From Candidatus Latescibacterota bacterium (GTDB lineage: Bacteria; Latescibacterota; UBA2968; UBA8231): a stretch of 64,000 nucleotides of DNA. Positions 26,420 through 35,339 of this stretch are shown here, piece after piece. The stretch is taken from contig OZ253462.1 in assembly GCA_965261395.1 (NCBI GenBank), positions 3,840,001-3,904,000 of the forward strand. The letters run 5' to 3'. Each line of letters opens with the position of its first letter. Positions within the stretch are counted from its first letter, which is position 1. Position numbers and translations under genes: made by a program. The notes beneath the pieces are model-generated. The model was not told where the DNA came from. It saw only the letters and a list, made by a program, of their open reading frames with translations, and did not search any database.

Positions 26420-28159
26420 ATGGTTATAGAAAGTCCAGTGCTGCTGTCGTCCTATGCTCGCTGCGGGCAGGAGCGCTCCTTTGCGTTTGTCGATCCGGTG
26501 GGCGAGGTGGTGGCCGTAGCGGCGGGGGAGGTGCGCCCGGCCCTCAGCGCGGTGGAGCGGGCAGTGGAACAAGGGCTGCACGCCGCGGGATTTGTCTGCT
26601 ATGAGGCCGCTGCTGGTTTGGACCCGGCCTTTACCACCCGTCCCGCTGGTGCGCTGCCCTTGGTTTACTTTGGCCTCTTTGCGGAGCGGACGCGAGTGGA
26701 CGCGCCTAGCGCCGGTTTGGGCTCCTACGAGTTGGATGAGTGGCGGCCGTCGGTGTCGCGGGAGGAGTACGAGGCCGCCATCGAGCACATCCACGCCTAC
26801 ATTGCGGCCGGTGACACGTACCAAGTCAACTACACCTTGCGCTTGCACAGCCGCTTCCAGGGCGATCCGCAGGCGCTGTTTCGCGATATGGGGCAGGGGC
26901 AGGAGTCCGCGTTGTGCGCGTATTTCGACTTGGGCCGGCACGTGCTAATCTCGGCGTCGCCTGAGCTGTTCTTCCGCCTGCGCTCAGGGCGTTGCACGGT
27001 GCGGCCGATGAAGGGAACTCGGTCGCGGGGCCGCTTTGCGGCCGAGGATCAGCAGCGGGCCGATGAGTTGCAAAGTTCCGCTAAGGACCGAGCTGAGAAC
27101 CTGATGGTTACGGATATGTTGCGCAACGACTTAGGGCGCATCTCGCAAGTCGGCAGTGTGGCGGTCTCGGCCCTGTGGTCGGTCGAGCGCTATCCCACGG
27201 TGTGGCAGCTAACGTCCACCGTGGAAAGCCAACTCAAAGCCGGCGTGAGCTTGCCCGACCTCTTTGCCGCGCTTTTCCCCTGCGGCTCGGTGACCGGCGC
27301 GCCCAAGGTGCGGACCATGGCAATCATCGCCGAGTTGGAGCGCGCCCCGCGCGGCATTTACACCGGCTGCATAGGCTATATGTCGCCTGGGCCGGAGGCG
27401 TGCTTCAACGTGGCGATTCGCACGGCGCATCTCGACCGGGAGAAGGCCCAACTCGAATTTGGCGTGGGCGGTGGGATCGTCTGGGCATCGTCGGCTGCGG
27501 AAGAATACGCCGAATGCGTCGTCAAGGCCGAGGTCTTGCGCGCCCGACCGCATCCGTCGTTTGAACTGTTGGAGACGCTGTTGTACGAAGATGGGGATTA
27601 CTTCCTGTTAGAGAGACACTTAGAGCGATTGTCTCAGTCGGCAGCGTACTGGGGATTTTGCTATGCGGACGACCGCGTGCGGGCGCAGTTGCAAGACGCG
27701 GCCAACGCTATGGAGGGCCAGTGTAGGGTACGCTTGTTACTAGCCCGCAACGGCGAGATCCGCGTGCAGCACCAAGCGCTCACGCCGTCGAGGCGGTTGC
27801 GGGTGGCTCTGGCCGCCGAGCCGGTGGACAGCGCCGACTCCTTGCTGTACCACAAAACGACCCACCGGGCCACGTACAACCGGCAGTTGGCGGCGCGCCC
27901 GGATTGCGACGACGTGGTGCTGTACAACGAGCGCGGCGAGCTGACCGAGTGCTGCATCGGCAACTTGGTGCTGGAGCGCGACGGCGTCCGCTACACGCCC
28001 CCGGTCGAATCCGGGCTGTTGGCCGGCACCTTCCGCGCCGAGCTTGTGGCGCAGGGCCAACTTTGCGAACGCCCGTTGCCCATCGGCGAATTGGCGCGGG
28101 CCGACGCCCTTTATCTTATTAATTCAGTTCGGCGCTGGGTCGAGCTGGAACTGGCCTAA
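26420..28159 (+). CDS. pabB: Aminodeoxychorismate synthase component I fused to ADC lyase (PabB-PabC)
   Basis: YQVN, SPELF, PMKGT, ENLMVTD, GSVTGAPK; C-terminal class IV aminotransferase-like domain (HKTT, GLLAGTFR). Confidence 0.93.
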   Translation: MVIESPVLLSSYARCGQERSFAFVDPVGEVVAVAAGEVRPALSAVERAVEQGLHAAGFVCYEAAAGLDPAFTTRPAGALPLVYFGLFAERTRVDAPSAGLGSYELDEWRPSVSREEYEAAIEHIHAYIAAGDTYQVNYTLRLHSRFQGDPQALFRDMGQGQESALCAYFDLGRHVLISASPELFFRLRSGRCTVRPMKGTRSRGRFAAEDQQRADELQSSAKDRAENLMVTDMLRNDLGRISQVGSVAVSALWSVERYPTVWQLTSTVESQLKAGVSLPDLFAALFPCGSVTGAPKVRTMAIIAELERAPRGIYTGCIGYMSPGPEACFNVAIRTAHLDREKAQLEFGVGGGIVWASSAAEEYAECVVKAEVLRARPHPSFELLETLLYEDGDYFLLERHLERLSQSAAYWGFCYADDRVRAQLQDAANAMEGQCRVRLLLARNGEIRVQHQALTPSRRLRVALAAEPVDSADSLLYHKTTHRATYNRQLAARPDCDDVVLYNERGELTECCIGNLVLERDGVRYTPPVESGLLAGTFRAELVAQGQLCERPLPIGELARADALYLINSVRRWVELELA

Positions 28160-28184
28160 GAGGCCGTCTTATAGCCATCCTAAT

Positions 28185-28264
28185 TATCCGCAGATGGACA
28201 CAGATAGCCATTATAGATTATTCACGATTCCCCATCTGCGTTTATCTGCGTTCATCTGCGGATA
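28185..28264. repeat. Intergenic imperfect inverted repeat with 10-bp internal tandem units
   Basis: TATCCGCAGATGGACACAGATA pairs with TATCTGCGTTCATCTGCGGATA (2 mismatches); ATCTGCG occurs three times at 10-bp spacing. Confidence 0.75.
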
Positions 28265-28321
28265 CTCTGCCGCCGTGCGACAGCCGCCGGGGGCTTTAAG
28301 ATACTTCTAAAGGAGCATATC

Positions 28322-29491
28322 ATGTATCGCATTGGCCAAGCAGAAATCAAGCAGCTACAACGGCTATTCGACCGCGGCGCGATCTTCCGCTATGGAGCAG
28401 GTGGGGAGTGCGACCGCTTTGAAAGGAACTGGGCGCGCTACGTGGGCGTAGAGCACTGTCTGATGACTCGCTCGGGAACCTCGGCGCTGTACGCAGCACT
28501 AGTGGGGTTGGGCGTGGGACCGGGGGATCAGGTGATTGTACCGGCCTATACCTACATGGCGACCGCCTTGGCGGTGCTGGGAGCTGGGGCCATTCCGGTA
28601 ATTGCGGATGTAGATGCGTCTTTGACACTGTGTCCCAAGGATTTAAAGCGTCGAATTACCAAACATACCAAGGCTATTATTCCGGTCCACATGGTCGGCT
28701 TGCCCTGCGATATGAAGCGAATTACCAAGATCGCTCGCAAACGCGACTTGCTCGTTCTCGAAGACGCCTGTCAGGCGGTGGGCGGCGGGTATGAGGGCCG
28801 GATGTTGGGCAGTTGGGGCCACGCCGGCGCGTTTAGTTTCAACTTTTTCAAGAACATGACCTGCGGTGAGGGTGGGGCTTTTGTAACCAATGCCGAGGCG
28901 GTGCATCAGCGTGGCTCGGTGGCGGTGGACTGCTGCTCCTTTTACTGGAACCCCGAAGAAGAGCGCGAAGAGCTGCAATTTGCCGGTCCTAACTTCCGGG
29001 CTTCTGAAGTCGAGGGAGCCATACTCAACGTGCAATTGCGGCGGATCCGGGGGATGCTTAAGACCATGCGCGCCCACAAGCAGGAGTTGCTACAGGTTGG
29101 GCTGGAGGTGGGGTTGGAGTCGATAAAGAACAACAGCTTGGACTACGAGTGTGGCACGCACTTGGGCTTTTTGTTCGACGCCGAGGACGAGGCGCGCTCC
29201 TTTTGCAACCGATTGGCCGCCCAAGATGTGCGCTCCTTTTTGCCCATGGATACCGGCCGCCACGTCTATACGCGCTGGGAGCCTATTTTGCGCTACCAAG
29301 GCGCGCACCATTCGGCGCTCAATCCCTTTAAGCTGCCGGCCAACCGCAAGGCGCGGGTCAAATACAAGCTGGATACGTGTCAGGACTCGCTCGACGTTTT
29401 GGCGCGCGCCGTGCTAGTGCCCATGCACCCGAACAACACCAAGGTCAAGGTGCGGGAGATGGGCGAGGCGATTCGGGCCGCTGTGGGCTGA
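28322..29491 (+). CDS. DegT/DnrJ/EryC1/StrS PLP-dependent aminotransferase
   Basis: SGTSAL, EDACQA, FSFNFFKNMTCGEGG. Confidence 0.93.
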   Translation: MYRIGQAEIKQLQRLFDRGAIFRYGAGGECDRFERNWARYVGVEHCLMTRSGTSALYAALVGLGVGPGDQVIVPAYTYMATALAVLGAGAIPVIADVDASLTLCPKDLKRRITKHTKAIIPVHMVGLPCDMKRITKIARKRDLLVLEDACQAVGGGYEGRMLGSWGHAGAFSFNFFKNMTCGEGGAFVTNAEAVHQRGSVAVDCCSFYWNPEEEREELQFAGPNFRASEVEGAILNVQLRRIRGMLKTMRAHKQELLQVGLEVGLESIKNNSLDYECGTHLGFLFDAEDEARSFCNRLAAQDVRSFLPMDTGRHVYTRWEPILRYQGAHHSALNPFKLPANRKARVKYKLDTCQDSLDVLARAVLVPMHPNNTKVKVREMGEAIRAAVG

Positions 29492-29498
29492 GAGGAGA

Positions 29499-29534
29499 TT
29501 GACGTGCCTGCACACTCCGTCTATATTGCAGGCA
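29499..29534 (+). promoter_or_regulatory. Sigma70-type promoter with overlapping operator palindrome for the TA operon
   Basis: TTGACG-17 bp-TATATT; inverted repeat TGCCTGCA (29505-29512) / TGCAGGCA (29527-29534); ATG 6 nt after the -10 box. Confidence 0.75.
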
Positions 29535-29791
29535 TGACAGAGAAATCGACTCAATACACCATCCGCAAAGTGCCTCCGCAGCTAGACAGTGAACTCAGGA
29601 GGAGGGCTCACCAAGAACACAAGAGCCTGAATGAAATGGCCCTGTGGGCACTCGAGCGCGGCTTGGGCTTGTCGGAACAGGCCGTGCGGCACCACGACCT
29701 AGACGACTTGGCGGGCACTTGGGTGGACGATCCGGCCTTCGATCAAGCCATCGAAGCCATGGACCAAGTAGATCCCGATCTGTGGCTGTGA
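29534..29791 (+). CDS. FitA-like ribbon-helix-helix antitoxin
   Basis: YTIRKVP..LD.ELRRRA...KSLN; DLDDLAGTW; overlaps the PIN toxin gene. Confidence 0.85.
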   Translation: MTEKSTQYTIRKVPPQLDSELRRRAHQEHKSLNEMALWALERGLGLSEQAVRHHDLDDLAGTWVDDPAFDQAIEAMDQVDPDLWL

Positions 29792-30174
29792 AAATTGTCC
29801 TAGACACCAACCGCTACCGCGACTTTTGCCTCGGCGATCCGCTGGTCTTGGACCGCCTCCAGCTAGCCGAACAGATTTTCCTGCCCTTCGTCGCTCTGGC
29901 TGAATTGCGCGCTGGCTTCCAGTGCGGCACCAGGGCTGGCAAAAACGAACGCATCCTGTTGCGCTTTCTCAGCCGGCCTCGGACATCCGTTCTTTATGCC
30001 GGCGAGGCCACCACGCGGCACTATGCCCAGCTTTTTTATCAACTACGTCAGCAGGGCACACCCATTCCTACCAACGATATATGGATTGCCGCTTTGGTGA
30101 TTGAGCACGGTCTTCATCTTTTTTCTCGCGACCAGCACTTCGACCACCTTCCGCATCTGCCGCGTATCGATTAA
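29788..30174 (+). CDS. vapC: VapC PIN-domain toxin
   Basis: LDTN, AEL, IPTNDIWIAA, SRDQHF. Confidence 0.93.
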   Translation: MKIVLDTNRYRDFCLGDPLVLDRLQLAEQIFLPFVALAELRAGFQCGTRAGKNERILLRFLSRPRTSVLYAGEATTRHYAQLFYQLRQQGTPIPTNDIWIAALVIEHGLHLFSRDQHFDHLPHLPRID

Positions 30175-30199
30175 TGGGTCGCCCATCGGTAGCGTCAGA

Positions 30200-31147
30200 T
30201 CAGCGATAGACGGCCTGGATCATGGCGCGGATGAAGCCGGTGGCGTAGGCGTGGCCTTGGCGTCCGCCTTGGTCGTCGGGGATGGACGGGGTGTGATCCA
30301 TCATAAACGGCCCGTTAAAGCCCACCTCCTTGTAGGTCTGCATCGCCTGGTACATATCGACGTCGCCCTCGTCGACGAAGACCTCCCTGAAATCCTTTGG
30401 CGTGCCGCGCACGTTGCGGAAGTGGACGTAGGCGATTTTGCCTTGGCGGCCCATGCGGCGGATGGCCTCGAACACGTCAATACCCATTTCAGTGACGCAG
30501 CCTTGACAGAACAGCATGGCGTTTTGGGGGCTGGGATTGAGGGAGAAGATGCGCTCGTATTGGTCTAGGGTGGAGACGATTCGTGCTGCGCCGCCCATCG
30601 GCTCGGGCAGTGGGGGATCGTCCGGGTGGAGGGCCAAGGTAACGCCAGCCTCTTCGGCGACGGGGACGATGCGCTGATGGAAGTAGGATATATTGGCCCA
30701 CATCCCGTCCCCGTCGATGTGCTTTGCTGGATAGTCGTGGCCCTCTTTTTCGTATTCTGCGTAGGTGAAGGTGCTGTAGTGGGCGCCGCCGCGGCCGGTG
30801 TCCGAGGGGGTGCGGAAGTTGCCCACGGGTTTGAAATTGTAGCCGAGGGTAGGGACGCCGACGGTGCCCATGGCCCGGAGCCAGTTGCACCACTCCTCGA
30901 TTTTGGTGTCTCTATCTTGTTGTGCAAGAGTGATTTCATCCGGTCCGCTTAAGGCGGCGTTGTAAAAGCGGAGGCCGTTTTTTTCGGTGCGGGTGCGGAC
31001 CCCTTTCAGGAACTCGACCATCTCGGGATAGGTGTGCAGGTCGAGGGGGAGGGAGTTGACGGTCAGGTAATCGACGCCAATGGCTTTGTAGTAGCTCAGG
31101 TTGTCGTCGGTGACGCGGTCGTGGGGGAGTTGGTCTTGGATGTACAT
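30200..31147 (-). CDS. uxuA: Mannonate dehydratase family protein
   Basis: LHPDDPP, FCQGC, VHFRNVRG, MDHTP. Confidence 0.85.
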   Translation of the reverse strand: MYIQDQLPHDRVTDDNLSYYKAIGVDYLTVNSLPLDLHTYPEMVEFLKGVRTRTEKNGLRFYNAALSGPDEITLAQQDRDTKIEEWCNWLRAMGTVGVPTLGYNFKPVGNFRTPSDTGRGGAHYSTFTYAEYEKEGHDYPAKHIDGDGMWANISYFHQRIVPVAEEAGVTLALHPDDPPLPEPMGGAARIVSTLDQYERIFSLNPSPQNAMLFCQGCVTEMGIDVFEAIRRMGRQGKIAYVHFRNVRGTPKDFREVFVDEGDVDMYQAMQTYKEVGFNGPFMMDHTPSIPDDQGGRQGHAYATGFIRAMIQAVYR

Positions 31148-31280
31148 GGTGTCTCCTTTGGGTTAGGTGGCTACTGCACCAGATTTTGCCTATATAACAC
31201 TTAGAAAAGAAAGGCATCGTCCTCGCGGCGCGCCAATCGACTCTGCGCCGGCCGTTCACACAAAATCCGGGTTACCATAC

Positions 31281-32081
31281 ATGCCGAAAAAACTGCCCCT
31301 CGCCGGGGTTCAGCAATCCGCCGAACAGATCGCCCAGTGGGTCGAGAGATTTCATCGCGATGGCTATCTGTGCGTTGAAAACGTCCTACCGCCAGACTGG
31401 TGTGCGCAACTGCGGGCCGACTTGGACCGGGCGCTGGCGGACAATCCGAATGGACTGAACAACTACAGCGAGTACACAAAGCTCGCGCATCGGCTATTTG
31501 AGACGAGCGCAGCGAACCTGCGCCTGTTCGATCTCGAGCCGATTGTGAGCTTCGCAGAGGCGCTGGTAGCGCCGAATTGCCACGTGATTCACAACAACTC
31601 GTTCCAGACGTTTCCGGGCGGAGGCCTCTCGACGTGGCATCAGGACGACGCTCCGCACTACGTCGTCACAGACGGTAAACCGCCGACGAATGTCCATCTG
31701 CCCGTGCTGTTTTTCACGGCGAATTACTATCTGACCGATGTGGATACACCGGCGCACGGCGGGACGGAAGTGATTCCGGGGACGCACATGCTCGGCAGAT
31801 CGCCGGGCGAAATCGAGGGCTCCGAGTGGGAAGAGAAAATCGTCCACAACAGCGCTCCGGCGGGAAGCGTCGTCATGTTCAACAATCAGGTGTGGCATCG
31901 CGGGGGGCCGAACCGCAGCGACCGCACGCGATACATCACTCAGGTGACGTATGCGCGCCGGATCGTCGGGCACAAGTACTACCCGTTTATGAACTACCAG
32001 ATGCCGCCGCATGTGTACGAAAATGCAAACCCCCGGTTGAAACGGCTGCTCGGCTTCCTCGATCACGGCGCGTACGGTTAA
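31281..32081 (+). CDS. PhyH-family dioxygenase
   Basis: WHQD, GGTEVIPGTH, WHRGGPNRSDRTR. Confidence 0.9.
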   Translation: MPKKLPLAGVQQSAEQIAQWVERFHRDGYLCVENVLPPDWCAQLRADLDRALADNPNGLNNYSEYTKLAHRLFETSAANLRLFDLEPIVSFAEALVAPNCHVIHNNSFQTFPGGGLSTWHQDDAPHYVVTDGKPPTNVHLPVLFFTANYYLTDVDTPAHGGTEVIPGTHMLGRSPGEIEGSEWEEKIVHNSAPAGSVVMFNNQVWHRGGPNRSDRTRYITQVTYARRIVGHKYYPFMNYQMPPHVYENANPRLKRLLGFLDHGAYG

Positions 32082-32136
32082 TGCGAGAACTATTGCTGGC
32101 GTTGAGTCGAATAGGAATAGGAAAGGAGAAAACCTC

Positions 32137-34200
32137 ATGAGGAATACATACGGTAGCATCCTAATTGCTGTACTCATAGCGTCGAGCGCTTGTCTGGCCA
32201 GCACGCAGAGCCAGCCATCGGTTGCGACCATCACCGGCGAAATCCGGGACCCAACTTCGCGGGAAATCACATTTAGCTACGAATCGCCGTCGGCGCTGGA
32301 AAACTCCGAGCAGCGCGTCGTTCTCGACAGTCTGAATCGCTTCTCCTTCGAACTGCCTGTCGTCCGAGGGACCCTCGTCAGGGCCTATTACAATGAAGCA
32401 CGGTCGATCTTCTTCGTCGAACCCGGCGACAGTCTGCATGTCGTCGTGGAGGAGGGCTTTTCCGATTCCTCCCACTCGTTTAGCGGTCCAGGAGCCGACA
32501 ATAACCGCTTCGTGGTTGAGTGGATGGCGGAATTTGGTACTCCCAGTCTGGATTACGAGGGTCTGGAGGTCGAGGATTTCAAGCGTCAAGTAGATCAGCG
32601 GCGTCGAGATCAGTCCGAGTTTCTGGCCGCAAGGCGAGAGCAATACGCGCTCTCGCCAGGGTTCATCGACTATGCGACGGCTCAATTCAACTACGAGTGG
32701 GCCAGACTCATGATTTCCTACCCGACGAATTACTACTTTGCCAACGGCCACGGGAACATAGATCTCCCCCCGAAGTACTACGACTTCCTACAGGAAATTC
32801 CCCTAGTCGATGAGAAGGCTATCGGCACGATGGACTATCACACGTTTCTGGTGCGGACCTTGGACTGGGAGTCGCGGGAACGGAGAGATGAGGCCGGACC
32901 CTTCGGGCGGCCAAGTAGAGCTATTGGCCGGCTGCCTAGAGATCGCGGGGAGTTAGACAAGATGCCCAACCCATTTAGGCGGCCCAACCTGTCCGAGATG
33001 TACGATCTAGCGGATCTGGAACTGTCGGAGGAGACCTTGGCCCAACTCGACTCGATGTACGAAGCGGACAGACTACCCAGCCTGTCGCAGATGGTCGATT
33101 TGTCGGCGGTTGGTTTGTTGTCGGCCGCTCAGGTCCGGCTCGACTCAATGTACAAAAGAAAGAGACTTCCCAAGCTCTCCCAGAGTTTTGATTTGTCGGT
33201 GTTTGGTCTTTCGGGGGCTGACCAAGCCCGAATCGACTCCTTACATGAAAAGTCCAAATCCTATAGCTTCTCCACTTCAAATAATGTAGAGGAAGCTAGA
33301 GTGGATACGACGGATGGAGTGTTGGCGTTCTACTTGCCGCTAGAAATAAAGATGGATTCTCTGAAAAAAGAGCCACCCAAGCTATCCGAGAAACTCGACC
33401 TATCGTGGCTGTCGGAAGCCGCCCGTGCCCAACTCGATTCGATGTACGAACATCGCCAGCCGCTCAAGCTCTCCGAGAGGATCGATTTATCGAGCCTTGG
33501 TCTGTCGGGGGCGGTGCAGGCCCAGCTTGATTCGATGACTACGGGGAACCGTACTCTGAAGACGTGGAATAGTTCTTCGGCAAGATACGATCTGGCCGAG
33601 GAAAAACTGGAGGGGCGAGTTCTCTACTGGTTTTTGGCCGGAGAGGTGATCCGTGGCTTCAAGCGCGACAGCGCAGCCTTTGAGTTCGCCCAGCGCAAGT
33701 GGGAAGAGTTCCAAGAGATCAACCCACACTCGGAATACACCGAGGTCGTCCAAGCGGCTCTATATAAGGCTCTGAAGCTACAACCAGGGCAACCCGCACC
33801 GGACTTCACCCTCCACGACCTCGACGGGCAGCCCGTATCGCTGAGCCAGTTCAAGGGGCAGGTGGTTCTGCTCGATTTCTGGGCGAGTTGGTGCGGGCCG
33901 TGTATCGGCGACCTGCCCGATCTCCGTGCAATCAAGGAAAAGGCGGCGGATCAACCCTTGGTCTTCCTCAATCTGTCGCTAGACACGGACGAGGCTGCTT
34001 GGCGAGAGGCGGTTGATAAACACGAGATCGAAGGAGTCCACGTGCGGGCGGACGGCTGGGGCGCGGACGTGGCCAAGTCCTACCAAGTAAACTCCTTGCC
34101 TTCGTATTACTTGGTGGACTCGCAAGGATTGATCGTAGAGCGTCTTAGGATGATAAGACGTACAGACGAGATTGTGGCGACGATCGAGAAGAGCTTGTAG
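32137..34200 (+). CDS. Secreted TlpA-family thiol-disulfide oxidoreductase with internal repeats
   Basis: Signal peptide; C-terminal APDFTL..LLDFWASWCGPC..LP; five ~31-aa internal repeats. Confidence 0.88.
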   Translation: MRNTYGSILIAVLIASSACLASTQSQPSVATITGEIRDPTSREITFSYESPSALENSEQRVVLDSLNRFSFELPVVRGTLVRAYYNEARSIFFVEPGDSLHVVVEEGFSDSSHSFSGPGADNNRFVVEWMAEFGTPSLDYEGLEVEDFKRQVDQRRRDQSEFLAARREQYALSPGFIDYATAQFNYEWARLMISYPTNYYFANGHGNIDLPPKYYDFLQEIPLVDEKAIGTMDYHTFLVRTLDWESRERRDEAGPFGRPSRAIGRLPRDRGELDKMPNPFRRPNLSEMYDLADLELSEETLAQLDSMYEADRLPSLSQMVDLSAVGLLSAAQVRLDSMYKRKRLPKLSQSFDLSVFGLSGADQARIDSLHEKSKSYSFSTSNNVEEARVDTTDGVLAFYLPLEIKMDSLKKEPPKLSEKLDLSWLSEAARAQLDSMYEHRQPLKLSERIDLSSLGLSGAVQAQLDSMTTGNRTLKTWNSSSARYDLAEEKLEGRVLYWFLAGEVIRGFKRDSAAFEFAQRKWEEFQEINPHSEYTEVVQAALYKALKLQPGQPAPDFTLHDLDGQPVSLSQFKGQVVLLDFWASWCGPCIGDLPDLRAIKEKAADQPLVFLNLSLDTDEAAWREAVDKHEIEGVHVRADGWGADVAKSYQVNSLPSYYLVDSQGLIVERLRMIRRTDEIVATIEKSL

Positions 34201-34319
34201 GCGTCCCTTGAGTCGAATCCGTGCGTTCTAAATTCAAAAAGCCCACTCTCCCGCGTGTTGCAGAGCCAAGCTAGCGTGATTAGGTTGCGGATGGTAGTGC
34301 CTCCCAAGGAGAAAAGCCC

Positions 34320-34730
34320 ATGAAAGCGCTCGTCGTGCTCGCCGCGTTAGCATGGACGGGGACGTCTTGTTCCGGTCCGACCACGAGCACGGATATGGTA
34401 TTCGACTCTGCCACCGAAGGGCCGGCGACCTTTGCGCAGGTGCAAGAGACGATATTCGATGTTTCCTGCGCTTTGAGCGGCTGCCACGGCGACAGCGCTT
34501 GGCCCAACCTGTCCGCCGGGCAAGCATACGACAATATCGTTGATGTGGAGAGCAGCCGTGGCATAGCGCTGGTCGAGCCGGGCGATCCCGACAACAGCTA
34601 CCTGTATCGCAAACTCCTGGCAGACGCCGATGTCGATGGAGTCCGCATGCCCCTGGGTGGGCCGTACCTGACCCCGGACGCGCTTGAAACGGTGCGCGCT
34701 TGGATAGAAAAGGGAGCACCCAACGACTAA
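34320..34730 (+). CDS. Lipoprotein with cytochrome c-like domain
   Basis: Lipobox-like GTSC; CALSGCH; VEPGDPDNSYL..K, RMP and WIEKGA resemble the planctomycete-type cytochrome domain. Confidence 0.75.
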   Translation: MKALVVLAALAWTGTSCSGPTTSTDMVFDSATEGPATFAQVQETIFDVSCALSGCHGDSAWPNLSAGQAYDNIVDVESSRGIALVEPGDPDNSYLYRKLLADADVDGVRMPLGGPYLTPDALETVRAWIEKGAPND

Positions 34731-34749
34731 TTCGCGCCGGGCAACGTGT

Positions 34750-35322
34750 ATGCGTTGGCTCATCCCGTTTCTGATCTGTTCACCGCTGGCCGTCCACGGC
34801 GGCGAATGGCACGTCGATAAAAAGGCCGAGGGCAACCAAGTCGCGTTCACTTCCAAAGTGGTGGCCTTCACTTTTATCGGCACGACCGATAAAATCGACG
34901 GCTTTATCTATTGGGAAGGCGAGTCGCTTTTTGCGGCCAAGGACCAACTGCATTTTGAAGTGGACTTAGCCAGCTTCGATACGGGCATTGGCAAGCGGGA
35001 CCGCGATATGCGCCAAGTGCTGGACGCGGACCAGTGGCCCAAAGCCATGTACAAAGGGGAGATCGCCGAACACACCGCAGTCGATTCCACCGTGGTCGCC
35101 TATCGCGTCAAGACCAAGGGGATCCTGTCGCTACACGGGGTGGATCGGGCCGTAGAAGTGCCCGGTACCGTAGTGGTGGAAGAGGGGCGCTCCAAGGTCG
35201 AGGCGGCTTTCACCATTAAGCTGGCCGATTACAAGATCGAAGCACCCTCTTTGGCGGCCTTTGTCAAGGTGAACGAGGAAATTGCCGTCGAGGTCTCGTT
35301 CTACTTAAAACACGTACAATAG
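34750..35322 (+). CDS. YceI-family protein
   Basis: Signal peptide; FDTGIGKRD, GILSLHGV, DYKI. Confidence 0.88.
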   Translation: MRWLIPFLICSPLAVHGGEWHVDKKAEGNQVAFTSKVVAFTFIGTTDKIDGFIYWEGESLFAAKDQLHFEVDLASFDTGIGKRDRDMRQVLDADQWPKAMYKGEIAEHTAVDSTVVAYRVKTKGILSLHGVDRAVEVPGTVVVEEGRSKVEAAFTIKLADYKIEAPSLAAFVKVNEEIAVEVSFYLKHVQ

Positions 35323-35339
35323 GGCAGGAGGGATTGATC

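Noticed and set aside
24312-27426. pabB repeat pair as the template/variable repeats of a diversity-generating retroelement
   Set aside because: Mismatches are mostly C/T and not adenine-specific, there is no reverse transcriptase in the window, and the target is a housekeeping enzyme
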